Position numbers and translations under genes: made by a program
The notes under the pieces: model-generated
Database searches by the model: none
The model's input: only the letters and a program-made list of their open reading frames with translations
Told to the model about the DNA's origin: nothing
Shown: positions 53,238 to 61,191 of the stretch, one piece after another
Layout of the letters: each line of letters starts with the position of its first letter
How positions within the stretch are numbered: the stretch's first letter is position 1
From: Candidatus Latescibacterota bacterium
GTDB lineage: Bacteria > Latescibacterota > UBA2968 > GCA-2709665
Assembly: GCA_965198095.1 (NCBI GenBank)
Contig: OZ240239.1
Location: 118,641 to 182,640, forward strand
Direction of reading: 5' to 3'
Length of the DNA: 64,000 bases

Positions 53238-54773
53238 CTATCCGAACTGTTGCGGAATAATCCCCCCCGTGGCATCGGGCACGACGGAGAGCCAGCGTGC
53301 ATCGTAAAGGGCGCCCTCGGCATCGAAGACCCGTCCGTCGGGAAGCATGTACTGGTTCGGCGTCGTCGGCTTCTGTCCGGATTGGAATTCCGACGACCGG
53401 GCCCTGTCCGCGGCCATCTGCTGGTGGACCCGCTCCCAGCTGAATCCCTCGAAAAGGGCCTCGCGCATCTTCCGACATCGGGTGGCTTGATGGGGGCTTT
53501 CGGCCAGGTTCGTCTCCTCGTCCGGGTCGTTCACCATATCGAACAGCAGCCGGTCTCCCTTCTCGATATCCACGTACTTCCAGTCCCGGCTCCTCACGAC
53601 ACGCATGGCAGCCGCCGCTTCCTGCTTCGCCGTCTGTTTGTAGTTGATCCTCACGCCATAGTGACAATAGCCCGCGGTCACGTACTCCCGGGGCGCTTCC
53701 GCATCCTCAGGGTCCGCCAGCAGGCCGCTGAAGTCCTTTCCGTCCAGCCCTTCCGGAATCGGAAGACCGGCCAGACCGCAGGTCGTCGGATACAGGTCGA
53801 TGAGCGAAATCGGGTGCGGAACCGGGTGATGTCCTTCCCGTATTCCGGGGCCGCGGATCAGAAGCGGGACCCCGATCGAAGGATCGTAGTAGTTGCCCTT
53901 ACCCCAGAGACCGTGCAGGCCGGCCATCTCTCCGTGATCACTCGTGTAGATGACGACCGTATTCTCCAGCAGGCCGGCATCGCCCACACCCTTCAGGAGT
54001 TCGCCGATGCAGTCATCCGCGAAATCCACGCAGGCGTAGTAGCCTTCCCGTCCGCGCCGGGTTTCCTCAGGCGTAAACTCACGCCAGAGACGTCGCGCGA
54101 AAGGCTCCAGCTTCTCCGCAAAGCCGGAGGGCGGATCGATCGGCGGCAGTCGGTCTCGGTAATACCGGATGTAGCGACCCGGGGCCGTAAAGGGACTGTG
54201 AGGCCGGGAATAGGAGGCACACACGAACCAGGGCGTCTCCGGCTCGCGGCTCTGGTGCTCGAGCAAGAGGGCGATTGTCTCCCTCGTGACGACCACGTCC
54301 TGCAGAAGACTCTCGGGGATCTCGGTGATCCCCCCGCTTGTGGCCGAATGATACGAGGGAAACAGGTCGATCGGCTCGGGCTGATGGCTCAAGCCGTGCC
54401 GAAGATCGCCGTAGGGCCGGACCTGGAATCCCTGCATCTGGTCTCGACCGCCGAAGTGCATCTTGCCGACCAGGCCGGTGCGATACCCGTGCGCCGCGAA
54501 GTGGGCCGGCCAGGTTACGTGCTCGGGAAAAATGATCCAATGGTTGCTCCACGCCGCGCATCGGAAATCATCTTTGCCCGTGAGCAGGCACATCCTCGAG
54601 GGGGTGCAGACCGGCGACGCGCAGAAGGCGTTGTCGAACTGGACCGACCGGCCGGCCAGGTCGTCCAGATGCTGCGTGCGGACGTGCTCATCTCCCGAAA
54701 ACCCGGCTACCTTGGGCGCGTGTTCGTCGGTGAGGATAAGGAGAATGTTCGGTTTGTTTGAGTTTCCGCTCAT
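53238..54773 (-). CDS. Sulfatase (Cys-type, formylglycine-dependent), no signal peptide
   Basis: MSGNSNKPNILLILTDEH...CASPVCTPSRMCLLTGK... plus the downstream GKMHFG and TSDHGE motifs. Confidence 0.9.
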   Translation of the reverse strand: MSGNSNKPNILLILTDEHAPKVAGFSGDEHVRTQHLDDLAGRSVQFDNAFCASPVCTPSRMCLLTGKDDFRCAAWSNHWIIFPEHVTWPAHFAAHGYRTGLVGKMHFGGRDQMQGFQVRPYGDLRHGLSHQPEPIDLFPSYHSATSGGITEIPESLLQDVVVTRETIALLLEHQSREPETPWFVCASYSRPHSPFTAPGRYIRYYRDRLPPIDPPSGFAEKLEPFARRLWREFTPEETRRGREGYYACVDFADDCIGELLKGVGDAGLLENTVVIYTSDHGEMAGLHGLWGKGNYYDPSIGVPLLIRGPGIREGHHPVPHPISLIDLYPTTCGLAGLPIPEGLDGKDFSGLLADPEDAEAPREYVTAGYCHYGVRINYKQTAKQEAAAAMRVVRSRDWKYVDIEKGDRLLFDMVNDPDEETNLAESPHQATRCRKMREALFEGFSWERVHQQMAADRARSSEFQSGQKPTTPNQYMLPDGRVFDAEGALYDARWLSVVPDATGGIIPQQFG

Positions 54774-54902
54774 ATGACGACCTCGCCTTCAAAGACTGGA
54801 TACGAACAACCCGAGAAGCGCGATCCCGGTCGCGGCCAGCACACCCAGAATCAGCGGCCGACAATGTCAGTAACGCGACTGGCGATGCGGCCCTGCATAA
54901 GC

Positions 54903-55097
54903 TCACTCCTTCTCGCTCAGTTTCCGAACAACGCCTCGTCCGTTCTCAAATAGCGCCCTGCTGCATCCTCGTTGAGATCGATTTCCAATCCCGGTGTCTC
55001 CGGCACCTCCCTCCCTGGCCTGAGTGTTCGTGGGCCGCGAAAGGTAGAGCATGAAGCTTCCGTCGTTGTTGTAGAAAAACCGGGGCGGCTTCGCCAT
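54903..55097 (-). pseudogene. Remnant of a subfamily-B TIM-barrel hydrolase-like gene
   Basis: Retains GGGAGG + ATG + MAKPPRFFYNNDGSFMLY and then loses the frame. An EVPETPGLEIDLNE segment, equivalent to PTEVPGAKGIDME, appears in another frame. The rest of the ~520-aa gene is absent. Confidence 0.7.
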
Positions 55098-55214
55098 GCC
55101 TCCCTTTCCATTCGGTGATGAGAACGCCGTGATACGTAGCTCTTTCATCAGCAGAAAGACGCCGGCGGACAGGGTCGTTACCGGCGTCTTTCTGAACAGC
55201 TGGCTTCCGCTGCG

Positions 55215-55949
55215 CTATTTCTTCACTGAAAGGTCGATCATCCTGAACGCATAATCGGCCGGATATCGTGTAATATGGGTTCCCGGATCTTCGTAGTCCA
55301 GGCCTCCGCCGCGAATGACCACCTTGTAAGCGGTGTGCTCCGGACGTGTCGTGTCGCCGATTCTGAAGGTGGTCGTGTTTTCGTAGAGCCCGCTTATGAA
55401 ACTGCCTGGCACGTTGCACCCAGCCGTCATGTTGTAGAAGATGTTCTGAATTCGTTGGATGTGGTTTCGCGCCTCTTCAACCGTCTCGAAATCCGGGATC
55501 GCCTGAGTCAGCGCACTCTGGACAAAGGCATTGTGCTGCCCTTGCAGGTTGCCCACCCGCTGGCGCTTGATCAACTGCCCGGCGTGGGTCCGTCTCACCG
55601 TTTTGAGGCTTTCGCCCGGCCCCCACCAGTCCACCGTGTTGTAGTTGCTTCCAGAGCAGCCCGATCCGACGATCATAACCGAAACGATCGGTTTTTCTTC
55701 CTCAATCGTGATAGACCCGACCTCTCCCTCGATTTCCATCCCTTTGTGGTTGTATTCCAGCCAGTTTTCCACCTTCACATTCCTGTAATGAAACGGAAAC
55801 GTGTAGACGTGATGTTCCGTCTCGAACACTTCCACCTCCTGCAAGTCACCCATCTTGTCCGCGTCAGCTTCCGAGGAATAGCGGGCCAGGTTCTCTGAGA
55901 CCAGCGTGTAGTTGGGACTCCCATCTTCTCTTTCGTTCACCCAGTTCAT
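55215..55949 (-). CDS. Hypothetical protein with no family recognised
   Basis: Trimmed to MNWVNEREDGSPNY, with GAGGAG 8 nt upstream. 244 aa of non-repetitive, non-shadow composition. Visibly less GC-rich than the neighbours. Confidence 0.6.
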   Translation of the reverse strand: MNWVNEREDGSPNYTLVSENLARYSSEADADKMGDLQEVEVFETEHHVYTFPFHYRNVKVENWLEYNHKGMEIEGEVGSITIEEEKPIVSVMIVGSGCSGSNYNTVDWWGPGESLKTVRRTHAGQLIKRQRVGNLQGQHNAFVQSALTQAIPDFETVEEARNHIQRIQNIFYNMTAGCNVPGSFISGLYENTTTFRIGDTTRPEHTAYKVVIRGGGLDYEDPGTHITRYPADYAFRMIDLSVKK

Positions 55950-56094
55950 GCTGTCGCTCCTCTGTCTTCGGGTTGGAACAACGACCGAGTCTTTCTCGAA
56001 TGGTTCTCGTAAGATAGTATTGATGCTTCGAGGCGGGCCAAAAGTCAATCAGAATCCGAATTGATGGCACACTTTGGGTGACGATTCCACCGAT

Positions 56095-56985
56095 TCAACT
56101 CAGACACGCCTCGAGATATTCACGAGCCCGGTTGACCTCCACCGCCACCTCTGCTATGGGTTCCCGAATCGGAATCCCACGCGGCGCAGGATGCATGAAC
56201 ACCTCGGTCCAGCCCGCATATTCGATCTCCTTCAAGGCCGAAACAATCGGAGCGAAATCGAGCGGCCCACGGCCCGGCATCTGCAGCAAGATCTCCTCCG
56301 GCTTCAGCGCCCCGTGACTCCCTTTCCCGTGCTGCCAGGCATAGAAGAGAAACAGCTTGTCGTCGAGGTCGCGGATGAGCTGAGCGACCCGCTCAGGATC
56401 GTCCGGCAGATGATAGGGTGCGAGGGCAATGCCCAGGGGTCTCGACCCGGCGAACTCGGCCAGCCACCGCATCGAGTCGAGCGAGTCGACGATCCAGCTG
56501 GCGTGGTTCTCGATCCCGATCCGGACGCCGAGCGCCTCTGCCAGGTCCAACTGAGGCTGCTGGCGCGCCACAAACTGCTTTACGGCGCGCCTTAAGTCTT
56601 CGCCCTCCAGGTCGGCCGGTCCCCCGCTTCCGCAGACGACAAGCTCGGCATCGAATGCCCTCAAGAAACGGATCTCGTCGTCAAGACCGAAAGGGCCCAG
56701 GTCAAACCGGGTAGAGACGCCCAGCTTGACGCCGTGCGTTTCCAGCATCTCCAAAAATGCATCGTGGCCCATGGCTTCGGCCTGCTCCCGCTGGTTCCCG
56801 TGTACGCGAGGCCAAATGTCCAGATGTTTCGCCCCGACCTTTGGAACCTCGGGAAGGACCCGCGCGAGAGGGGTCGTGCCGTACAGCGAGGACGCGAGCA
56901 GATACCGGAATTGGAAGGGCGGGTCACAACCCATCTTTTTTCCCGTCGAATCGCCGGCGGTGAGGGTCAAACAGAAGGGCGGCAC
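56095..56985 (-). CDS. Sugar-phosphate isomerase/epimerase (xylose-isomerase-like TIM barrel)
   Basis: HLDIW...GVKLGV...IGIENH...EVFMHP pattern. The track start at 56985 is GTG. ATG at 56934 (MGCDPPFQFRYLLASS) is an alternative start. Confidence 0.7.
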   Translation of the reverse strand: MPPFCLTLTAGDSTGKKMGCDPPFQFRYLLASSLYGTTPLARVLPEVPKVGAKHLDIWPRVHGNQREQAEAMGHDAFLEMLETHGVKLGVSTRFDLGPFGLDDEIRFLRAFDAELVVCGSGGPADLEGEDLRRAVKQFVARQQPQLDLAEALGVRIGIENHASWIVDSLDSMRWLAEFAGSRPLGIALAPYHLPDDPERVAQLIRDLDDKLFLFYAWQHGKGSHGALKPEEILLQMPGRGPLDFAPIVSALKEIEYAGWTEVFMHPAPRGIPIREPIAEVAVEVNRAREYLEACLS

Positions 56986-57036
56986 GCGCGCCGCCCTTGA
57001 ACGGATCTTTGAACGAAATCGTGTTCGAGTCCCGCG

Positions 57037-57747
57037 TCAACCGGGCGCCGCCGGATATTCGCCGCACAGATAGCGGGTTCTTGCGACGTCCTCGTCCAGC
57101 TCGGGAAACCGGGTCATCGGTTCAAGAAAAAAATTGTCTGCCAGGTCATCGCAGACGCTGCTGACTTCCCCGCTCACGGTGTATTGCACGCCATCGACTT
57201 CGAGGCCGGTGCCCTCTTCGCCCCAGAACTGGTGAATGGTCCGCGCAGGAAGGCAGACGCTTCGGCCGGGCTCCAGGCAGACCCGGTCTCCCGGATTCAA
57301 CGCAACCGTCTGACCGTCTACCTGCAACGTAAAGGGTTCGTCCGATCGCTTCCCGTCGTCCGTCGCCTTGCAGACCTCCACGAGGATATTGCCGCCGCTC
57401 CGGTTGATGATATCCTCCCGCTTCGAAAGGTGGAAATGTGCCGGGGCGCGCTGGTTTTCAGGGTCCAGAATGAGTTTTTCCGCATAGGTCTTCGGATAGT
57501 TCGCGTTCTTGGCCGACCCGTTCCGGAGCGTCAGCAGCGTCCGACCGATTTCCTTGAACCGCCCGCTTCCGAAATCGGTCACGTCCCAGCCCAACATGCA
57601 GTCGCGAATCTCGTCGGCTTCGGGACCCTTCTTCTGCCAGTCCTCCACGTTCCAGAACGCGAACGGCGGCAGATGAAACCCGAAGTGTTGGAAGACCTGT
57701 ATCGCGGTCTCGACAGATCGCTCTATTTCAGACCGCTTTAATAGCAT
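57037..57747 (-). CDS. D-lyxose/D-mannose isomerase-like cupin
   Basis: 236 aa with KTYAEKLILDPENQRAPAHFHLSKREDIINRSGGNILVEV, the D-lyxose ketol-isomerase signature. Confidence 0.7.
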   Translation of the reverse strand: MLLKRSEIERSVETAIQVFQHFGFHLPPFAFWNVEDWQKKGPEADEIRDCMLGWDVTDFGSGRFKEIGRTLLTLRNGSAKNANYPKTYAEKLILDPENQRAPAHFHLSKREDIINRSGGNILVEVCKATDDGKRSDEPFTLQVDGQTVALNPGDRVCLEPGRSVCLPARTIHQFWGEEGTGLEVDGVQYTVSGEVSSVCDDLADNFFLEPMTRFPELDEDVARTRYLCGEYPAAPG

Positions 57748-57764
57748 TCTCTACCTCCATCGCT

Positions 57765-59270
57765 CTAGCTTTCTTTCGTCTCTCGCCTTTTAACGATCTC
57801 CGACCACGGAACGCCCTTTTCGATGTCCCTGATTTCCCGGGAGAAGGCCTCGTGGTGATAACCCGGCACGGAGGCGAACCTCACCCCTTCGGGCAGCGCT
57901 CCGTGCAGCAGCGGCGGACAAGACCGGTAGCGCAAGAGGTCCATCAGCAGGGCCTCCCGAATCTCCCGGTAGTCGGGGTCGTGCCACCTGTTGTAAATCT
58001 CTCCCGGATCCGTCCGGTGGTCGTAGATCTCGCTCTCGTCCCCTGTCAAATCGAAGGTGATGCGGAAGTCTTCTGTCCGCATCGACATGTGGTGATAGTC
58101 CTTCACGTGTTCGCATAGGACCGCCCGTTTGTTCCACTCCTCCTTGCCCAGAATCGCTGGGACGAGGCTCCGTCCCTGAACCGTGTTCGGCGTCTCAAGG
58201 CCGAGCAGTTCAGTTAGCGTCGGATAGAGATCCACAGACTCCACGAACTTGCCGAACTCCTCTCCCGAAGGCAGCCCACTCGGGTAGCGAATAATCAGGG
58301 GAACCTTGTGAACGCATTCGTAAAACCCGAGGTTCTTCCAGATCAGTCCGTGCTCACCCGCGAAGTCTCCGTGGTCGGAGGCGTAGATGACGATCGTATC
58401 TTCCAGGATGCCCTGGGCCTCCAGCTCCGCAAGCATCCTTCCGATCTGCTCATCGATCAGGGTGACGAGCGCGTAGTAGTAAGCGATACACTGTCTCAGG
58501 TGCGCGTCGTCCCTCGGCCGGTAGGGGTACCAGAGTTCGCCACGCATCGACTGCTGTTGCCGCTCTGACTTGCCCTCAAACGGGTCTTCGGCATTCGCAG
58601 GGACCGTTACCTCATCCGGATCGTAGAGGCGGTCATACGGCTCGGGCACGGTGAGCGGATCGTGAGGCCGTTCGAAACAGACGTAGGCGAAGAACGGCTT
58701 GCCTTTGTCTCGCTCGCGGAGGTATTTCACTGCCTCGTCTCCGCACCAGACCTCCATCGAGTGTTCCAGTGGCAAGGGCGACGTGACCGCGCAGTCGGGG
58801 TGCTGCTTCCATTTGCTCGTATTGTCGTAATCGTCCGCCACCCCTGCGTCAACCAGGCTTCGGAAGTAGTCGCACGTGAGCGGGTCGTCCGGCAGCGCAT
58901 CGGTGTTCGTGCTGAAACAGGTAGTGTCGAACTCTCGTCGGGGCCAGTGCACCCCGATATGTCCCTTTCCGATGAGCGCCGTCTCGTATCCGGCCTGCCT
59001 CAGGGTCGCCGTGATCGGATTCAGGTGGTCTGGCGGCTCATCGATGTTGCCGTGACGCCGATGCCAGTGTTCGTAGATCCCGGTCAGGTAAGAGATGCGC
59101 GATGGGCCGCAGTGCGCGCTGTTGGCGTAGGCCCTGGCGAATCGAATGCCCTCCCGCGCGAGCCGGTCCATGTGGGGCGTCTGGAGCAGAGGCTCGCCCG
59201 CGCAGGACATACAGCGCGCATTATGCTGGTCGCTCAGTACAAAGAGGATGTTGGGCTGTCCGGAAGCCAT
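57765..59270 (-). CDS. Sulfatase (Cys-type), no signal peptide
   Basis: MASGQPNILFVLSDQH...NSAHCGPSRISYLTG...GKGHIG...ASDHGD. Confidence 0.9.
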   Translation of the reverse strand: MASGQPNILFVLSDQHNARCMSCAGEPLLQTPHMDRLAREGIRFARAYANSAHCGPSRISYLTGIYEHWHRRHGNIDEPPDHLNPITATLRQAGYETALIGKGHIGVHWPRREFDTTCFSTNTDALPDDPLTCDYFRSLVDAGVADDYDNTSKWKQHPDCAVTSPLPLEHSMEVWCGDEAVKYLRERDKGKPFFAYVCFERPHDPLTVPEPYDRLYDPDEVTVPANAEDPFEGKSERQQQSMRGELWYPYRPRDDAHLRQCIAYYYALVTLIDEQIGRMLAELEAQGILEDTIVIYASDHGDFAGEHGLIWKNLGFYECVHKVPLIIRYPSGLPSGEEFGKFVESVDLYPTLTELLGLETPNTVQGRSLVPAILGKEEWNKRAVLCEHVKDYHHMSMRTEDFRITFDLTGDESEIYDHRTDPGEIYNRWHDPDYREIREALLMDLLRYRSCPPLLHGALPEGVRFASVPGYHHEAFSREIRDIEKGVPWSEIVKRRETKES

Positions 59271-59355
59271 GTTCGATAAAATCTCGCAGATGACACGGAG
59301 AGACGACCGATTCCATTACTAAGGAATCAGGTTTCACTGTCAAGCAGTAATTCGA

Positions 59356-59805
59356 TCATCGCTCGACTTGGACCCTCCTTGACGTGCCTTTTCTCGGAGT
59401 GACACGGACGACGCCCCGGTCCGCATCCACCACCACCCGATCCCCCGTCGCGATGGTCGAAAACGGGTCACGCTCCAGGTCCGTCATCATCGGGATGCCG
59501 TTCACGATGCACCCGAGGGCGGCCAGGCTGTCGACCTCCACGTTCACGAACGCCACCGGGGCATTTCCTTCCAGCCGGGCCAGGTTCAGCGTCATCGGCG
59601 TCCCGGAAGATCCCTTGGTCGAGCGGATCACGAGCACCCGATCCCTCAGTGATTCACCCTCCAGCGGATGTCCGGAGCCGATCACTTTCCCGGTAATCGC
59701 ATCCACCTCGCCCCAGAAAGAGAGCGTGGCGTCCGCCACCAGCGCCGTCCCCTCGGCCCTTCCCATCACCACCCCTCTGCCCTTGATTTCGATCGTCTCA
59801 GCCAT
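59356..59805 (-). CDS. Aconitase X swivel-domain subunit (DUF126)
   Basis: GRAEGTALVADATLSFWGEVDAITGKVIG..HPLEGESLRDRVLVIRSTKGSSG...APVAFVN. ATG 59805 overlaps the large-subunit stop by 8 nt (ATGGCTGA). Confidence 0.8.
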   Translation of the reverse strand: MAETIEIKGRGVVMGRAEGTALVADATLSFWGEVDAITGKVIGSGHPLEGESLRDRVLVIRSTKGSSGTPMTLNLARLEGNAPVAFVNVEVDSLAALGCIVNGIPMMTDLERDPFSTIATGDRVVVDADRGVVRVTPRKGTSRRVQVER

Positions 59806-61051
59806 CTCCCATCCACTTCCCGGCAACGGCCGCCCGAATGCACGGTTCGGTCTCCGCGATAATCATTTCTGCCCCCAGCATCCCCCGGGCATAATGCGCC
59901 TGTTTGAACCCGTGGGTTACGATGCGCTTGGCCGGGATCCGCATGTTCGTTGGGCAAGTGTCGCACAGGATCCGGCCGCCCGCAGCCTCGATCGCCTCCG
60001 TGTATCCCATCGCGTCCGCGTTCCCCTTGGTTCCCCGGGCCGTATCCACCCAGAGCCTCACCCCCTGGGCGATCTTTTTCCCCCTCAGTAGGCCAGCAAT
60101 CTCAGAAATTTCCTGGATAGACGCGTGAGGACAGCCAAGGATCACGGCGTCGATTTCGTCTCCGGTGTGGGTCCGAAGCGATTCATAGGTCTCCCTCAAG
60201 GCGGCATCGTCAAACACCGTCTCGGGCTCGGGCACATCGCCCTGAAACGCGGCCTCCAGTGTGGGAGCCTCGGGCGTCACGCCCGCGATGTGACACATCG
60301 TCACGCCCCCTGACGTCGCGAGCGCGGCGCACAGCTGCTTCGCCTCATCCTGTGACGGGCGTTCCACGCCGTTGAACACCGGAATACCCAAACCAGCCAA
60401 CTTTCCCGAATAGTAACCGAGCGCCCCCCAGTCCGTCGGGCTGTCCAGGTCTGCGGTCACGTCGATCCGCAGCGTCCCCTTCCGGTTCTCGTCCAGTAGG
60501 ACACCGAACTCGGGTACCAGTCCTAGAAGCGACGCCGCGATCGCGCTCTCCGTCCCGTGCCGCACGGTTCTCGCCCCCAGGATCGAGTTGGCGTAGACCA
60601 CCGCTGAAGACTCGGTCCAGGCGCAGACCTCCCCCTTCAGCGGAACGTTTCCGACGAGATACGGCGCGCACGTGAACGTCGGGATGAATCCGGCCTCAGC
60701 CGCCATGTCTGCCAGTTCCTTCTGCATCCGCACCTGCTCCGGATCGTTTTCAGGCACATCCTGATGGCCCTCCAGTGTGACGAAAGCGGCGTGGACTGTG
60801 CAGGTGCATCCCGGGTGCGTCTGGTGCGCGCAGGCCTCCTTCAGATCTTCCATATACCGGTCGAGTGTTTCCCGGGAAGCCCCTCTGGCCATCAGGTTGG
60901 GAACCGGCAGCAGCGCGTGCGTGTTCTCCACGCGCACCAGCCGCTGCGCACCCATCGCCTCGCCCCACGCGACCAGCCAGCGCATGCACTTGGCCAGGTA
61001 GTCGCCCTTGGCGCCGTCCAGAATGGCCTGCTGTTCTTCAGTAAGATCCAT
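59798..61051 (-). CDS. Aconitase X catalytic subunit (DUF521); the family includes cis-3-hydroxy-L-proline dehydratase
   Basis: 417 aa with N-terminus LTEEQQAILDGAKGDYLAKCMRWLVAWGEAMGA..LV.V...H and conserved Cys positions. Paired with the DUF126 gene. Confidence 0.7.
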   Translation of the reverse strand: MDLTEEQQAILDGAKGDYLAKCMRWLVAWGEAMGAQRLVRVENTHALLPVPNLMARGASRETLDRYMEDLKEACAHQTHPGCTCTVHAAFVTLEGHQDVPENDPEQVRMQKELADMAAEAGFIPTFTCAPYLVGNVPLKGEVCAWTESSAVVYANSILGARTVRHGTESAIAASLLGLVPEFGVLLDENRKGTLRIDVTADLDSPTDWGALGYYSGKLAGLGIPVFNGVERPSQDEAKQLCAALATSGGVTMCHIAGVTPEAPTLEAAFQGDVPEPETVFDDAALRETYESLRTHTGDEIDAVILGCPHASIQEISEIAGLLRGKKIAQGVRLWVDTARGTKGNADAMGYTEAIEAAGGRILCDTCPTNMRIPAKRIVTHGFKQAHYARGMLGAEMIIAETEPCIRAAVAGKWMGDG

Positions 61052-61084
61052 ACGACTCTAATTTTCTTATCACCAGAGTAACAA

Positions 61085-61157
61085 TCGCCGCCGGGAGGCG
61101 GCTCCTACCGGATCAATGAGTGCGATGTATCTGGTAGGAGCCAACTCCCGTTGGCGA
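61085..61157. repeat. Short-spacer REPIN with mixed stems (GCCGCC/GGCGGC and GCCAAC/GTTGGC)
   Basis: TCGCCGCCGGGAGGCGGCTCCTACC ...23 nt... GGTAGGAGCCAACTCCCGTTGGCGA. Confidence 0.85.
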
Positions 61158-61191
61158 CGAAATGACTCACGGTGATTGCATACGGTTTTCC

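Noticed and set aside
50756-53260. Very long plus-strand ORFs: 834 aa here, and also 45-1121, 10751-12787, 21877-24168, 28315-region 29989-31413, 53214-54761 and others.
   Set aside because: Each lies antisense to a minus-strand gene with clear family motifs. Their translations are Arg/Pro/Gly/His-rich low-information sequence typical of shadow ORFs in high-GC DNA. None has a recognisable motif or a plausible RBS.
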